Shown here: positions 18,051-29,749 of the stretch, piece after piece
Layout: every line of letters starts with the position of its first letter
Numbering within the stretch: the first letter of the stretch is position 1
Source of the DNA: an uncultured Gammaproteobacteria bacterium
GTDB taxonomy: Bacteria > Pseudomonadota > Gammaproteobacteria > UBA6002
Assembly (NCBI GenBank): GCA_963705725.1
Contig: CAVPKM010000016.1
Span: forward strand, 1-64,000
Length of the DNA stretch: 64,000 nucleotides
Direction: 5' to 3'
Position numbers and translations under genes: made by a program
The notes under the pieces: model-generated
What the model saw: only the letters and a program-made list of their open reading frames with translations
Told to the model about the DNA's origin: nothing
Databases searched by the model: none

Positions 18051-19889
18051 TTATTCTACCGTCACCGATTTTGCTAAATTTCTTGGCTGATCTACATCTG
18101 TTCCCTTTAATACTGCGACGTGATAAGCCAACAATTGCAAGGGGATGGTATAAAGAATGGGGGTGAGTTCTTTATTGATAGTTGGCATATTAATAATATG
18201 CGTATGATCTGAAGCAGTGAAATTTGCAGATTGGTCAGCGAAAATAATTAATTCACCACCGCGCGCCTTAACTTCACACAAATTTGATTTAAGTTTTTCT
18301 AATAGTTCATTATTTGGCGCAACTGCGATTACCGGCATTTTTTTATCAACTAGCGCAAGGGGACCGTGTTTCAATTCGCCCGCAGGATAAGCTTCAGCGT
18401 GGATATAGGAAATCTCTTTTAATTTTAAAGCGCCTTCCAGTGCAATAGCATAATGCAAACCCCTTCCAAGAAATAAGGCATGCTGTTTATCTATGAATTT
18501 TCGAGCAAGCTGCAGGATGGTATCATTTAAAGCTAAAGCTTGTTCGATGAAGGATGGAAGGCATCTTAACTCTTGAATAAAATTGCGCTCTTGCTCTTGT
18601 GTTAGCTTACGTTTGCGACCAAGTAGTAAGGTTAACAAAAAAAGATTCACTAGCTGCGTGGTAAATGCTTTAGTGGAAGCCACGCCTATTTCCATGCCCG
18701 CCTTGGTCAATAAGACCATGTCTGATTCCCGAACCAATGAACTTTGAGCAACATTACATATACCTAAAGTAACAAGGTGGCCGATGGCTTTTGCTTGGCG
18801 AAGAGAAGCGAGGGTATCTGCTGTTTCACCTGACTGAGAAATGCTCACAAATAAAGAATCGGGCTCAACGACGCCTTGACGGTATCGATTTTCACTTGCA
18901 ATTTCGACCTGACAAGGAATGCCGGCAATTGCTTCAATCCAATATTTACCCACAAGCCCCGCATGATAGCTAGTTCCACATGCAATGATCTGCACGCGCT
19001 GAATGTTATCTAAATTAACCTCGACTTTAGCAATGGCCTGTATCGCATCATCACTTACACGCGTATCAGTTATTCGACCATCCAGCGTATCACGAATCGC
19101 CTGTGGCTGATCGAATATTTCTTTCATCATATAATGACGAAACGGACCGCGCTCAATCGCATCTTGGCGGATACTCAAGGTTTGAATAGGACGATTGACT
19201 TTATTTCCCTCTTGATCATAAATTGTCAGAGAATCTTGCTGAATATCAGCAATATCATTTTCTTCGAGGTAGATGAACCGTTGTGTAACGGGTAGCAAGG
19301 CCACAGGATCTGAAGCAAAAAAGTGCTCTTTAATGCCAAGTCCAATTACCAATGGGCAACCACTGCGAACAGCTATGATTCGATTGGGATCTTGTTTAGA
19401 CAAAATCCCTAAAGCATAAGCCCCTTTAAATTCTTTTACCGCCTCGCGAACTGCAGATAAAATATCTTTTTTATCTGTTAGATGATAACGAATAGAATGA
19501 GCAGCGACTTCCGTATCCGTATCAGAAAGAAAAACAAAGCCTCGTCCAAGCAGCACTGCCTTTAATTCATCATGATTTTCAATAATTCCATTATGTACGA
19601 TAGCTACACCCTCAGAAATGTGCGGATGGGCGTTGACCTCATTGGGTTTACCATGGGTCGCCCAGCGCGTGTGAGCAATGCCAACACGGCCCGGCATGGG
19701 ATTTGAATTTAAAATATCTGCAAGATCTCGCACCTTTCCCTGCGTGCGGATTCTTTGCAGCTCGTGATCAATGGGGTGTAAAATTGCCATTCCTGCAGAA
19801 TCATAACCTCGATATTCTAAGCGCTTTAATCCTTCCAAAAGGATAGGTGCGACATCCCTTCCTGCAATCGCTCCAACAATTCCACACAT
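18051..19889 (-). CDS. glmS: Glutamine--fructose-6-phosphate aminotransferase
   Basis: MCGIVG, LEYRGYDSAG, AHTRWATHG, DQPRNLAKSVTVE. Confidence 0.98.
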   Translation of the reverse strand: MCGIVGAIAGRDVAPILLEGLKRLEYRGYDSAGMAILHPIDHELQRIRTQGKVRDLADILNSNPMPGRVGIAHTRWATHGKPNEVNAHPHISEGVAIVHNGIIENHDELKAVLLGRGFVFLSDTDTEVAAHSIRYHLTDKKDILSAVREAVKEFKGAYALGILSKQDPNRIIAVRSGCPLVIGLGIKEHFFASDPVALLPVTQRFIYLEENDIADIQQDSLTIYDQEGNKVNRPIQTLSIRQDAIERGPFRHYMMKEIFDQPQAIRDTLDGRITDTRVSDDAIQAIAKVEVNLDNIQRVQIIACGTSYHAGLVGKYWIEAIAGIPCQVEIASENRYRQGVVEPDSLFVSISQSGETADTLASLRQAKAIGHLVTLGICNVAQSSLVRESDMVLLTKAGMEIGVASTKAFTTQLVNLFLLTLLLGRKRKLTQEQERNFIQELRCLPSFIEQALALNDTILQLARKFIDKQHALFLGRGLHYAIALEGALKLKEISYIHAEAYPAGELKHGPLALVDKKMPVIAVAPNNELLEKLKSNLCEVKARGGELIIFADQSANFTASDHTHIINMPTINKELTPILYTIPLQLLAYHVAVLKGTDVDQPRNLAKSVTVE

Positions 19890-20048
19890 ATCCACCCCCT
19901 TATGTCATCCGGAGAACTACTTTCAAAAAATTATGACCAACGGTAGTTCCCTTCTAATTATTTTAGTATCATAGGTGTTTTATATCAGAAGTCTACTTCA
20001 GAGCGATCCGATTGTTTACCCGCCATCAACTATAAAAGTGAGATTAAG

Positions 20049-22094
20049 ATGTCAATAGACCTTCGGCAGCAGCTTAATATTGCCACCGCTAACGAAACAA
20101 GCGATTCATCAAAGCGTCGCGAACTCGCTAATGCCATCCGCGCACTCGCAATGGACGCGGTACAAAAAGCAAACTCGGGACATCCTGGAATGCCGATGGG
20201 AATGGCCGATATTGCCGAGGTACTTTGGCGCGATTTTTTAAAACATAATCCAGCCAATCCAAATTGGATTGACCGAGATCGATTTATTTTATCCAATGGT
20301 CATGGAGCCATGCTCCACTATGCCCTCTTACACCTAACTGGTTATGATTTAACGATAGGTGATCTACAAAGCTTTAGACAGCTACAATCTAAAACTCCCG
20401 GACATCCTGAATATGGTTATACTCCAGGCGTAGAAACGACAACTGGGCCACTTGGTCAGGGATTAGCTAACGCCGTTGGAATGGCCATTGCAGAGAAAAA
20501 ACTTGCCGCCGAGTTCAATCGAGAAAATTTTCCGCTGATTGACCATTTTACTTACGTCTTTGTTGGCGATGGGTGCTTGATGGAAGGCATTTCACATGAA
20601 GCCTGTTCGTTAGCCGGCGTGCTGGGTTTAGGAAAACTTATCGCGTTCTATGATGACAATGGAATTTCTATTGATGGACAAATACAAAGCTGGTATCAAG
20701 ATGACACACCCGCTCGTTTTAAAGCGTATGGCTGGCACGTGGTGGCTTGTGTCGATGGTCATGATTCAACTGCGATACGAAATGCCATTCTCGAAGCACA
20801 ATCCGTTAAAGATAAACCTAGCTTAATTTGCTGTCGAACCATCATCGCTTATGGTGCACCCAATTTAGCAGGCACCTCAGAAGCCCATGGCGCGCCATTA
20901 GGCGCAGATGAAATTGCTAACGCGCGCAATAACCTGGGTTGGAAATTTCCACCCTTCACCATACCCGAAGAAATTTATGCTGCTTGGGATGCTCGAAAAA
21001 AAGGAAAGATTTTCGAACAAGAATGGCAGCAACAATTTGAACAATATCAAGCCAATTTTAACGAGTTAGCAAATGAGTTTACTCGTCGCATTGAAGGGCA
21101 ATTACCAAAAAACTGGGAGCAAACCAGTCAAACCTTTATCGCAGAACTTAACCAAACACCTAAGGAAATGGCAACACGAAAGGCTTCTCAGCAATGCCTT
21201 GAAGCTTATGGTCCAATTTTACCCGAGTTAATGGGTGGCTCTGCCGATCTAACTGGTTCCAATCTTACTTGGTGGAAAGGATGTCAGGCTTTTAACCGCC
21301 AAACACCCAATGGCAATTACATTTATTACGGTGTACGCGAATTTGGGATGTTTGCAATCATGAATGGCCTTGCTTTGCACGGCGGCCTGCTGCCCTACGG
21401 TGGCACCTTCTTAACTTTTGTGGATTACGGCAAGAATGCTGTGCGGCTAAGCGCCTTGATGAAGGCGCATGTCGTGTATGTGTTCACTCATGACTCGGTG
21501 GGTTTAGGAGAAGATGGCCCCACCCACCAGCCAATCGAACATGCAGCTAGTCTTCGTTTGATTCCTAACCTCTATGTTTGGCGCCCTGCAAATGCAGTAG
21601 AAACCGCTGTTGCTTGGAAATATGCGATTGAGCACAAGGTGCCTTCCTGTTTATTGTTATCTCGTCAAAATGTTGCGCCAGGAGAGCATCAAGAGAATAC
21701 TGATCTGATTGCAAAAGGCGGTTATATTCATCTTGATACTTCAAAAACCCCGGACCTACTCTTTATTGCAACCGGATCAGAACTTCCCCTTGCCATTGTT
21801 TGTGCTAAAGCTTTGCAACAGGAAAATGTTTCTGCTCGCGTGGTTTCCATGCCTTGTTTGGAAGTATTTGAACAACAAAGTGCGGACTATCAAGAAACCG
21901 TGCTTCCCTCTTTTGTCACTCGACGAATCATCATTGAAGCAGGATCGACATTAACCTGGTACAAATACGCAGGTACGGCGGGCAAAGTTATCGGCATTGA
22001 CCAATTTGGTGAATCCGCACCTTATAAAGACGTCTACCGAGCACTTGGGCTGACAGTTGACAACATTTTGGCAACAGCAAAAACCTTACTCTAA
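20049..22094 (+). CDS. tkt: Transketolase
   Basis: [33 protein letters not shown]. Confidence 0.97.
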   Translation: MSIDLRQQLNIATANETSDSSKRRELANAIRALAMDAVQKANSGHPGMPMGMADIAEVLWRDFLKHNPANPNWIDRDRFILSNGHGAMLHYALLHLTGYDLTIGDLQSFRQLQSKTPGHPEYGYTPGVETTTGPLGQGLANAVGMAIAEKKLAAEFNRENFPLIDHFTYVFVGDGCLMEGISHEACSLAGVLGLGKLIAFYDDNGISIDGQIQSWYQDDTPARFKAYGWHVVACVDGHDSTAIRNAILEAQSVKDKPSLICCRTIIAYGAPNLAGTSEAHGAPLGADEIANARNNLGWKFPPFTIPEEIYAAWDARKKGKIFEQEWQQQFEQYQANFNELANEFTRRIEGQLPKNWEQTSQTFIAELNQTPKEMATRKASQQCLEAYGPILPELMGGSADLTGSNLTWWKGCQAFNRQTPNGNYIYYGVREFGMFAIMNGLALHGGLLPYGGTFLTFVDYGKNAVRLSALMKAHVVYVFTHDSVGLGEDGPTHQPIEHAASLRLIPNLYVWRPANAVETAVAWKYAIEHKVPSCLLLSRQNVAPGEHQENTDLIAKGGYIHLDTSKTPDLLFIATGSELPLAIVCAKALQQENVSARVVSMPCLEVFEQQSADYQETVLPSFVTRRIIIEAGSTLTWYKYAGTAGKVIGIDQFGESAPYKDVYRALGLTVDNILATAKTLL

Positions 22095-22114
22095 GTCTTC
22101 ACATAGGAGTTAAC

Positions 22115-23122
22115 ATGACAATTCGATTAGCAATTAATGGCTATGGCCGCATTGGCAGAAATATTTTACGCGCTTTATATGAATCCAAGCATCACGATAA
22201 TATGAAAATTGTTGCGATCAATGATCTTGGTGATGTGAATACAAACGCGCATTTAACACGTTACGATTCTGTCCACGGCAAATTTTCCAAGGAAATCCAC
22301 ACTGAAAAAAATGAAATGATCGTAAATGGGGATAAAATTAAAGTTTATGCCGAAAGAAACCCCGAGAATCTGCCTTGGAAATCCTTAGACATTGACATCG
22401 TGCTAGAGTGCACAGGATTTTTTGATAATCGAGAAAAAGCGAGCGCTCACCTCAAGGCTGGCGCTAAAAAAGTCATTATTTCAGCGCCCGCAGGCAAGGA
22501 TGTAGACGCTACCATTGTATATGGCGTGAATCACCAAACATTAAAAGCTGACTATACCATCATCTCCAATGCCTCCTGCACAACCAATTGTTTAGCTCCC
22601 TTGGTCAAACCCTTGCATGAAAAAATTGGATTGGTAAATGGACTCATGACCACTGTCCATGCTTATACCAATGATCAAAAATTAACCGATGTCTATCACA
22701 GCGACTTAAGACGTGCGCGAGCGGCTACACAATCGATGATTCCAACCAAAACCGGAGCAGCAGCGGCAGTCGGCCTTGTCCTACCTGAATTAGCGGGCAA
22801 ATTGGATGGGTTTGCAATTCGCGTGCCGACCATTAATGTGTCTATCGTAGATTTAACTTTTGAAGCAAAAAGAGAAACGACTATTGATGAGGTCAATCAA
22901 GTGGTTAAACAAGCCGCAATGGGAGAGCTCAAAGGAATTTTGAGTTACAACGATGAACCGCTGGTCTCCATTGATTTTAATCACAATCCTGCCTCTTCAA
23001 TATTTGATGCATCCTTAACCAAGGTAATCGGAAAAACGGTTAAAGTACTGGCCTGGTATGACAATGAATGGGGTTTTTCCAACCGCATGCTCGACACAGC
23101 TAGCGCATGGATGCAGGCATAA
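22115..23122 (+). CDS. gap: Glyceraldehyde-3-phosphate dehydrogenase, type I
   Basis: [24 protein letters not shown]. Confidence 0.97.
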   Translation: MTIRLAINGYGRIGRNILRALYESKHHDNMKIVAINDLGDVNTNAHLTRYDSVHGKFSKEIHTEKNEMIVNGDKIKVYAERNPENLPWKSLDIDIVLECTGFFDNREKASAHLKAGAKKVIISAPAGKDVDATIVYGVNHQTLKADYTIISNASCTTNCLAPLVKPLHEKIGLVNGLMTTVHAYTNDQKLTDVYHSDLRRARAATQSMIPTKTGAAAAVGLVLPELAGKLDGFAIRVPTINVSIVDLTFEAKRETTIDEVNQVVKQAAMGELKGILSYNDEPLVSIDFNHNPASSIFDASLTKVIGKTVKVLAWYDNEWGFSNRMLDTASAWMQA

Positions 23123-23125
23123 GCT

Positions 23126-24295
23126 ATGCCACTACGTCAAATGCAAGAATTGAATCTTTCGAATAAAACCGTATTGATTCGTGAAGACCTCAATGTTCCC
23201 ATGCAAAACGGTGAGATCGTCAGCACTAAGCGAATTGCCGCGATTTTGCCAACGCTTGACTTAGCACTCAAGCAGCAAGCCAAAGTTATTTTACTCTCCC
23301 ATCTCGGAAGACCCCAAGCCGGTGAATTTGATCCAACATTTTCTCTCTCCCCTGTTGCTGATTGTTTAAGCCATATGCTTGGCCGGCCGGTTCATTTTGC
23401 TAGCACTTTGGATGCGACTAAAGAAATTGGTTTTGGAGAAGTCTGTTTACTGGAAAATGTGCGCTTTTTAACAGGTGAAAAAGAAAATGACCCCAAGCTA
23501 TCTAAAGAACTTGCCGAATTAGGAGATATTTTTGTGATGGATGCCTTTGCAACAGCACATCGCAAGGAGGCTTCCACCTATGGCGTAGCAAAATATGCAG
23601 AGGTTGCTTGCGCTGGGCCACTCTTAATGTCAGAAATTCATGCACTAGATAAAATCATGGAAGACCCAGCAAGACCTTTAGTCGCTATCGTTGGTGGGTT
23701 AAAAGTGTCGACCAAACTTTCAATTCTCAAAAATTTACTATCAAAAGTTGACTATTTGATAGTAGGCGGGGGAATTGCAAATACATTTTTAGCAGCTGGC
23801 GGCTTTGCTATTGGTCGCTCACTTTATGAAAAAAACTTGCTGCAAGAAGCTAAGGATATGCTCACATATGCAAAAGCCACCCATAAGCGCATTCCCTTAC
23901 CCCTTGATGTCGTTGTCGCACAGGATTTTGCTTCTCAAGCAGAGGCTCAAATCAAGCTCATAGAAGAAGTTTCCCCTTCTGATTTAATACTAGATGTGGG
24001 TCCCAAAACCCGCCTGCAATTCACCGAAATTATTAAAAAAGCAAAAACCATTCTTTGGAACGGGCCATTGGGCGTTTTTGAATGGGATCAATTTGGCGAA
24101 GGAACCAAAGCTTTAGCCGAAGCCATCGCAACCAGCACTGCTTTTTCAGTCGCTGGCGGGGGAGACACGGTTGCGGCTATTGAAAAATATCAAGTTGAAA
24201 AAGAAATTTCCTATATTTCAACCGCTGGAGGCGCTTTTTTAGAATTTTTGGAAGGGAAGTCATTGCCTGCCATTACCATACTCACAACTAAATAA
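23126..24295 (+). CDS. pgk: Phosphoglycerate kinase
   Basis: REDLNVP, SHLGRP, LLENVRF, WNGPLGVFE, GGGDT. Confidence 0.97.
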   Translation: MPLRQMQELNLSNKTVLIREDLNVPMQNGEIVSTKRIAAILPTLDLALKQQAKVILLSHLGRPQAGEFDPTFSLSPVADCLSHMLGRPVHFASTLDATKEIGFGEVCLLENVRFLTGEKENDPKLSKELAELGDIFVMDAFATAHRKEASTYGVAKYAEVACAGPLLMSEIHALDKIMEDPARPLVAIVGGLKVSTKLSILKNLLSKVDYLIVGGGIANTFLAAGGFAIGRSLYEKNLLQEAKDMLTYAKATHKRIPLPLDVVVAQDFASQAEAQIKLIEEVSPSDLILDVGPKTRLQFTEIIKKAKTILWNGPLGVFEWDQFGEGTKALAEAIATSTAFSVAGGGDTVAAIEKYQVEKEISYISTAGGAFLEFLEGKSLPAITILTTK

Positions 24296-24306
24296 TAGGT
24301 GTCGTC

Positions 24307-25734
24307 ATGCGTCGAACTAAAATAGTCGCCACATTAGGTCCCGCTTCTGATAATCCAGCCATATTGACTCAAATGATTCAGCAGGGAGTGGATGTGGTGC
24401 GGGTAAACTTTTCTCATGGCACCAAGGCAGACCATGAAACGCGGATACGCCAAGTACGAGAAATCGCTAAATTAACTGGCAAGGAAATTGCAATTTTAGC
24501 GGATTTACAAGGACCAAAAATTCGAGTGTCAAAATTTAAAAATGGACAAGTTACCTTAACACGAGGGCAATCCTTTATTTTAGATGCCAGCCTCCCCACT
24601 CATGAAGGAGATGAACATCGCGTAGGAATCGACTATAAAGCGCTACCAAATGATGTCTATCATGGTGATACCCTGCTCCTTGATGATGGCCGAATTGTTT
24701 TGACCGTCACTCAAGTCTGCTTTCCCGAAATTCACTGTGAAGTTCAAGTCGGCGGCGTGCTTTCCAATAATAAAGGGATCAATAAACAAGGGGGTGGCCT
24801 ATCCGCTAAAGCGCTAACGGAAAAAGATAAAATCGATATCATTACCGCTTGTAATTTAAAAGTGGATTATATTGCCGTCTCCTTTCCAAGAACGGCAAAT
24901 GACATTAAAGAAGCTCGTCATTATATTGATGAAGCAGGAGGCGATGTTGGTGTGATTGCTAAAATTGAAAGGCAAGAAGCACTGGCTTGTATTGATGATT
25001 TAATTCTTGCTTCTGATGGCGTAATGGTTGCAAGAGGGGATTTGGCGGTAGAAATAGGTGACGCTGAAGTGCCAGGCGTACAAAAAAAAATTATACGACG
25101 CGCTCGCAGTTTAGATCGGCCGGTCATTACCGCAACACAAATGATGGAGTCCATGATACATAACTCCATCCCAACCAGGGCAGAAGTCTCCGACGTGGCT
25201 AATGCTATTTTAGATGGTACAGATGCTGTGATGTTATCTGCAGAAACCGCAACCGGCTCTTACCCCGTAGAAGTCATTGAACACGTTTCCAAAATCTGCA
25301 TTGGCGCTGAAAAAAATCCAAGAACCTACACCTCCAGGCATCGTGTTGAAAGACGTTTTCACCAAACAGATGAAGCAATCGCCATGGCCACCATGTATAC
25401 CGCTAACCATATGAGCATTAAAGCTATTATCGCTTTAACAGAATCTGGATCCACCCCCCTATGGATGTCCCGCATCCGTTCCGGTATTCCAATCTTTGGC
25501 TTAAGCCCCCATGTTAAAACGCTACGCAAAATGATGCTGTTTCGCGGCGTCTACCCGCTCTTCTTTGATGCCACGCAAATTCAACGTACTGAAATTAATA
25601 AATTTGCCATCGAAGCGTTACTTAAAAAAGGCTTTGTTAGCAAGGGTGACCTCGTTATTGTGACCAAGGGAACGTCAATTGGCGTTCACGGAGGCACTAA
25701 TTCGTTAAAGATTATTGAAGTTGGAGGCACATAA
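24307..25734 (+). CDS. pyk: Pyruvate kinase
   Basis: RRTKIVATLGP, DLQGPKIR, MVARGDL, TQMMESM, MLSAET. Confidence 0.97.
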   Translation: MRRTKIVATLGPASDNPAILTQMIQQGVDVVRVNFSHGTKADHETRIRQVREIAKLTGKEIAILADLQGPKIRVSKFKNGQVTLTRGQSFILDASLPTHEGDEHRVGIDYKALPNDVYHGDTLLLDDGRIVLTVTQVCFPEIHCEVQVGGVLSNNKGINKQGGGLSAKALTEKDKIDIITACNLKVDYIAVSFPRTANDIKEARHYIDEAGGDVGVIAKIERQEALACIDDLILASDGVMVARGDLAVEIGDAEVPGVQKKIIRRARSLDRPVITATQMMESMIHNSIPTRAEVSDVANAILDGTDAVMLSAETATGSYPVEVIEHVSKICIGAEKNPRTYTSRHRVERRFHQTDEAIAMATMYTANHMSIKAIIALTESGSTPLWMSRIRSGIPIFGLSPHVKTLRKMMLFRGVYPLFFDATQIQRTEINKFAIEALLKKGFVSKGDLVIVTKGTSIGVHGGTNSLKIIEVGGT

Positions 25735-25923
25735 GTGCAATTTTTATCCCAGATTTTATTAATATTAGGCGTCGGCATCATTCTATGGCTATCCTACACC
25801 AGTATTCGCCGCAATCCTCAAGCCTTCTCTCTTGCAAATATTAACAAAAGTGTGTTCACCCTGGGCTTGCTCGCCCTTTTTTTGATTGCCATCATTTTCA
25901 TCCTAGTTTGGTTACTTAAATAA
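25735..25923 (+). CDS. Small two-TM membrane protein
   Basis: 62-aa ORF abutting the pyk stop, two hydrophobic helices. Confidence 0.6.
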   Translation: MQFLSQILLILGVGIILWLSYTSIRRNPQAFSLANINKSVFTLGLLALFLIAIIFILVWLLK

Positions 25924-26006
25924 CTCTCTCCTGCGTGGTCCCGCGAGACGAAAAATTTGGCAACTGCTATTATCAATAGAAACTAAGCAACCTAAGGGAA
26001 GGATGG

Positions 26007-27029
26007 GTGAATCTCTTACTAGCAGTATTCTGCCTTTTCTTTATTAGTGGCTGCCTGAATCGCGATACCTATCAATTGCAAGGCTATATTGAAGGAGAAT
26101 TTTCTAATTTATCTTCAAGTCAATCTGGCAGTTTACAAACGCTCTATGTCACACGAGGCCAAACAGTAGTCAAAGGACAACATTTATTTGATTTAGATCC
26201 CGAACCTGAGCAATCGGCGCTTATCCAAGCAGCAGCTAACTTAGAGTCCGAACAGTCAAAATTAAAAGATTTGTCCTTAGGACAACGCTCAACGATATTA
26301 GGCGGCATCATTGCGCAAAGGGAACAGGCAGAAGCCGATTTGGAATTGGCAAAGAACGATTTTAATCGCAGCGAACAACTCTACCAAAAAGGCGTGGTCA
26401 GTAAAGCTAATTATGATCAAGCGCTTTCTACGCTTAAAGCTGCCGAGCAAAAAGTGACGCAGTATCAACAAAATTTAAAAGAAGCAGAATTAGGCGAAAG
26501 GCAATATCGTCTATTGCAACAAATGGACATCGTCAGAGCAAACGAGGCGGCGCTGAAACAAGCCAAATGGCGTTTGACTCAAAAGTCTGTCTATGCCCCA
26601 GAAGCAGGGCTGATTTTCGACACCTATTTTAATATTGGCGAACAAATCGCGGCTAATCAAGCCGTTGCATCTTTACTCGCTCCTCGCAATATTTATTTAA
26701 TCTTTTATGTACCAGAACCTAGGCTAAGCACACTGAGATTAAATCAATGGGTAAGTTTTAAATGTGATAGCTGCCAGCGTACATTGATTGCGAAAATCAC
26801 CTATATCTCAGCCGAAGCAGAATATACCCCGCCTGTTATTTTCAGCGAAGTGAGCCGCCAAAAGCTGGTTTATCGTGTTAAAGCCAATTTACTGCTTAAA
26901 GAAGCAACCTGGGTTCATCCGGGGCAACCCGTTGAAATAACCTTATCACGCAAGGGAATAGACAGATTATCACCGCAGCCAACTACTTTTTTTAAACGAG
27001 TCAGGCAATGGTTAACGAGAAAAAAGTAA
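26007..27029 (+). CDS. HlyD-family periplasmic adaptor (YbhG-like)
   Basis: Lipobox-like ISGC, QGYIEGE, coiled coil, AEYTPPVIFS, PGQPV. Confidence 0.9.
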   Translation: MNLLLAVFCLFFISGCLNRDTYQLQGYIEGEFSNLSSSQSGSLQTLYVTRGQTVVKGQHLFDLDPEPEQSALIQAAANLESEQSKLKDLSLGQRSTILGGIIAQREQAEADLELAKNDFNRSEQLYQKGVVSKANYDQALSTLKAAEQKVTQYQQNLKEAELGERQYRLLQQMDIVRANEAALKQAKWRLTQKSVYAPEAGLIFDTYFNIGEQIAANQAVASLLAPRNIYLIFYVPEPRLSTLRLNQWVSFKCDSCQRTLIAKITYISAEAEYTPPVIFSEVSRQKLVYRVKANLLLKEATWVHPGQPVEITLSRKGIDRLSPQPTTFFKRVRQWLTRKK

Positions 27030-27923
27030 TCGATGTTAAGGGCCTAACCAAGCTTTTTGGTGATAAGGTAGCAGTTGACCATGTCGATCTTTGTGTAAAT
27101 AAAGGTCAAATATATGGTTTTTTAGGGCCAAATGGCAGCGGAAAAACTACCACCATTCGTATGCTCTGTGGCTTGCTGACTCCTGATGCAGGGACCGGAA
27201 CCTGCTTAGGTTTTGATGTGATTAAAGAATCTGATGCCATCAAGCGCCAAGTGGGATACATGTCACAGAAATTCACGCTTTACGAAGATTTAACCATCAA
27301 AGAAAATTTAAACTTTATTTCAACCATTTACGCAGTAGCCCACCCCAAGGCGGCGGTGGAAAAAACCTTAAAAAGCTTAGGACTGCAAAATCGTTGTGAC
27401 CAGATCGCAGGCGAATTATCAGGTGGCTGGAAACAGCGACTCGCCTTGGCCGCAGCGCTCTTGCATCAACCAAATTTGTTGCTTTTAGATGAACCAACAG
27501 CAGGCGTCGATCCCAAAGCAAGACGAGAATTTTGGGATCATATCCACCATTTAGCGACAACTGGTATTACGATTCTAGTCAGTACCCACTATATGGATGA
27601 GGCAGAACGCTGCAATCAATTAGCCTACATTATCCAAGGTAAAATCTTGCTGCGCGGCACAGCAGATAACATTATTTCTCAATCGGGTATTGTGACTTGG
27701 GAAGTCAAGGGTCCGGATCTTGGACATTTAGCAGAAAAATTAAAAAAAGCAGAGCTAGATCAAGTGATTTCCTATGGCCAAGCCCTGCATGTTTCTTAAA
27801 AAAGAGGAAAAAATTCGCTATTTGGCAGAAAAATATCAAACTGAATATAAATGGCAACGTATTGATACCAGTTTGGAGGACGTATTTATTAGCCTAACAG
27901 AAACCGATCGAGCACAGGGATAA
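27008..27923 (+). CDS. ABC transporter ATP-binding protein (YbhF-like), frameshifted near 27797
   Basis: GPNGSGKT, LSGG, LLDEPT; after LHVS the typical tail KWQRIDTSLEDVFISL continues in another frame to TAA 27921-27923. Confidence 0.85.
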
Positions 27924-29058
27924 TGAAAACCTATTCGCTGCAACGCCTGGTCGCCATGATTCATAAAGAATTTATTCAAATGAGAAGAGATAGATTGACC
28001 TTTGCCATGTTGCTTGGCATCCCGATTTTACAACTCATTTTATTTGGCTTTGCGATTAATACTAACCCTAAAAATAATTGCCCACCGCCATTGTAGCTGG
28101 AGATTATAGCCCATACACCCGCGCAATGATCGAGGGTCTTAAGAATACGGAATATTTCCGAATTATAAAAACAGTCAAAACCGAAGCAGAAGCGAACCTT
28201 TTACTGGCGACAGGAAAGACGCTTTTTGTTCTTTCTATTCCAACTGATTTTACCAAACGTTTTTTCAGGGGTGAGCGCCCGAATTTATTACTGGAGGTCG
28301 ATGCAACCGATCCAGTTGCAACAGGTGCAGCCGTGTCTGCTGTCAATATTCTAACCCAATCTGTCTATAATCCATTTTTGAGAGGTAAGCTGCTTCTGCT
28401 GAAAAATGCCCCGCCTCCAGCAGGCGTCATCATCCATGCCAAATATAATCCTGAAAGCATCACCCAGTATAATATTGTTCCAGGCCTGCTTGGCGTCGTT
28501 TTAACCATGTCCATGGTTATGATAACCAGCTTGGCGATCACAAGAGAAAGAGAAAGAGGAACAATGGAAAACTTATTAGCGACACCCATCCGCCCGCTTG
28601 AAGTCATCCTGGGAAAACTCTTACCACCAATCATGATTGGGTATCTTCAGGTTACTATCATTTTATTAGCGAGCCGCCTGCTTTTTAATGTTCCCATGAT
28701 TGGTCACTACGCTTTGTTATTTTTTTGCGTATTTCCATTTATTTTTGCCAACCTATCAATTGGCCTCATGTTCTCGAGTATCGCGCGTAATCAGTTACAA
28801 TCCATGCAGATGAGTTTCTTCTTTTTTCTGCCCTCTATCTTACTTTCAGGTTTTATATTTCCTTTTGCAGGGATGCCCATGTGGGCACAGTGGATAGGCA
28901 CCTTCTTGCCGCTTACCCATTTTTTGCGAATTGTCAGAGGAATTGTATTAAAAGGGAATCATTTATCGGAAACTTTGCCAGATTTATGGCCAATTCTCCT
29001 CTTCACCTTGCTCGTCCTGCTGATTGGAGTTAAACGATATAAACGAACACTTGATTAG
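27923..29058 (+). CDS. ABC-2 permease (YbhS/YbhR-like), frameshifted near 28075
   Basis: ATG 27923 overlaps the upstream TAA: MKTYSLQRLVAMIHKEFIQMRRDRLT...AINTNPK, then LPTAIV... in the 28078 frame; ERERGTME motif. Confidence 0.85.
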
Positions 29059-29121
29059 TGGTAGCGTTATATAAGTACAATTTGTTACTATCCATTATTA
29101 TTATTTTTAGTTAATACTCCC

Positions 29122-29742
29122 ATGAAAAGACCCCATTACAATCATGCAACCTTCCTTTTAAGTGCGCCGACTTTAGTCGAGTTACCTGCTGATGAGGGCA
29201 TTGAAGTCGCTTTTATCGGACGCTCGAATGCAGGCAAATCCAGCGCGCTTAACGCCATCACCGGACTAAAGAGCTTGGCAAGAACAAGCAAGACACCGGG
29301 TCGCACGCAAATGATTAATTTTTTTAAGCTTGATGACACAAGGCGTTTAGTAGATTTGCCAGGTTATGGCTACGCTAAGGTGCCTTTAGCGATTAAACAT
29401 CGATGGCAAAAAAATATTAATGCCTACTTACAAACCAGGCTATGCCTGAAAGGCCTGATCTTAATTATGGACATCCGTCATCCGCTAAAAGAATATGACC
29501 AGCAATTCATTGAATGGGCTGTCCATTGCGACATTCCAATTCATATCTTGTTGACAAAGGCTGACAAGCTGACTCGTGGTGCCGCTATTAATACCTTGTT
29601 TGACGTTCGAAAAGTGCTAGAAAATACCCCCAACATCAGCGTGCAGATTTTCTCCTCATTAAATAAAAATGGCTTGGAAGAAGCGCTATTAGTGCTAGAC
29701 AGTTGGTTTGTGGATACTAATCATTTTTCAGCGCTAACCTGA
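29122..29742 (+). CDS. engB: Ribosome biogenesis GTPase YihA/EngB
   Basis: [27 protein letters not shown]. Confidence 0.95.
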   Translation: MKRPHYNHATFLLSAPTLVELPADEGIEVAFIGRSNAGKSSALNAITGLKSLARTSKTPGRTQMINFFKLDDTRRLVDLPGYGYAKVPLAIKHRWQKNINAYLQTRLCLKGLILIMDIRHPLKEYDQQFIEWAVHCDIPIHILLTKADKLTRGAAINTLFDVRKVLENTPNISVQIFSSLNKNGLEEALLVLDSWFVDTNHFSALT

Positions 29743-29749
29743 GGTTTTT

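Noticed and set aside
19890-19960. glmS ribozyme
   Set aside because: GAACU...AGUU and CGGAUG fragments resemble it, but the AGCGCC cleavage-site and GACGAGG core sequences are missing and the leader is too short.
27697-27897. 66-aa ORF as the continuation of the ABC ATPase
   Set aside because: The conserved tail (SLEDVFI) is in the third frame, ending at 27923, not in this ORF.
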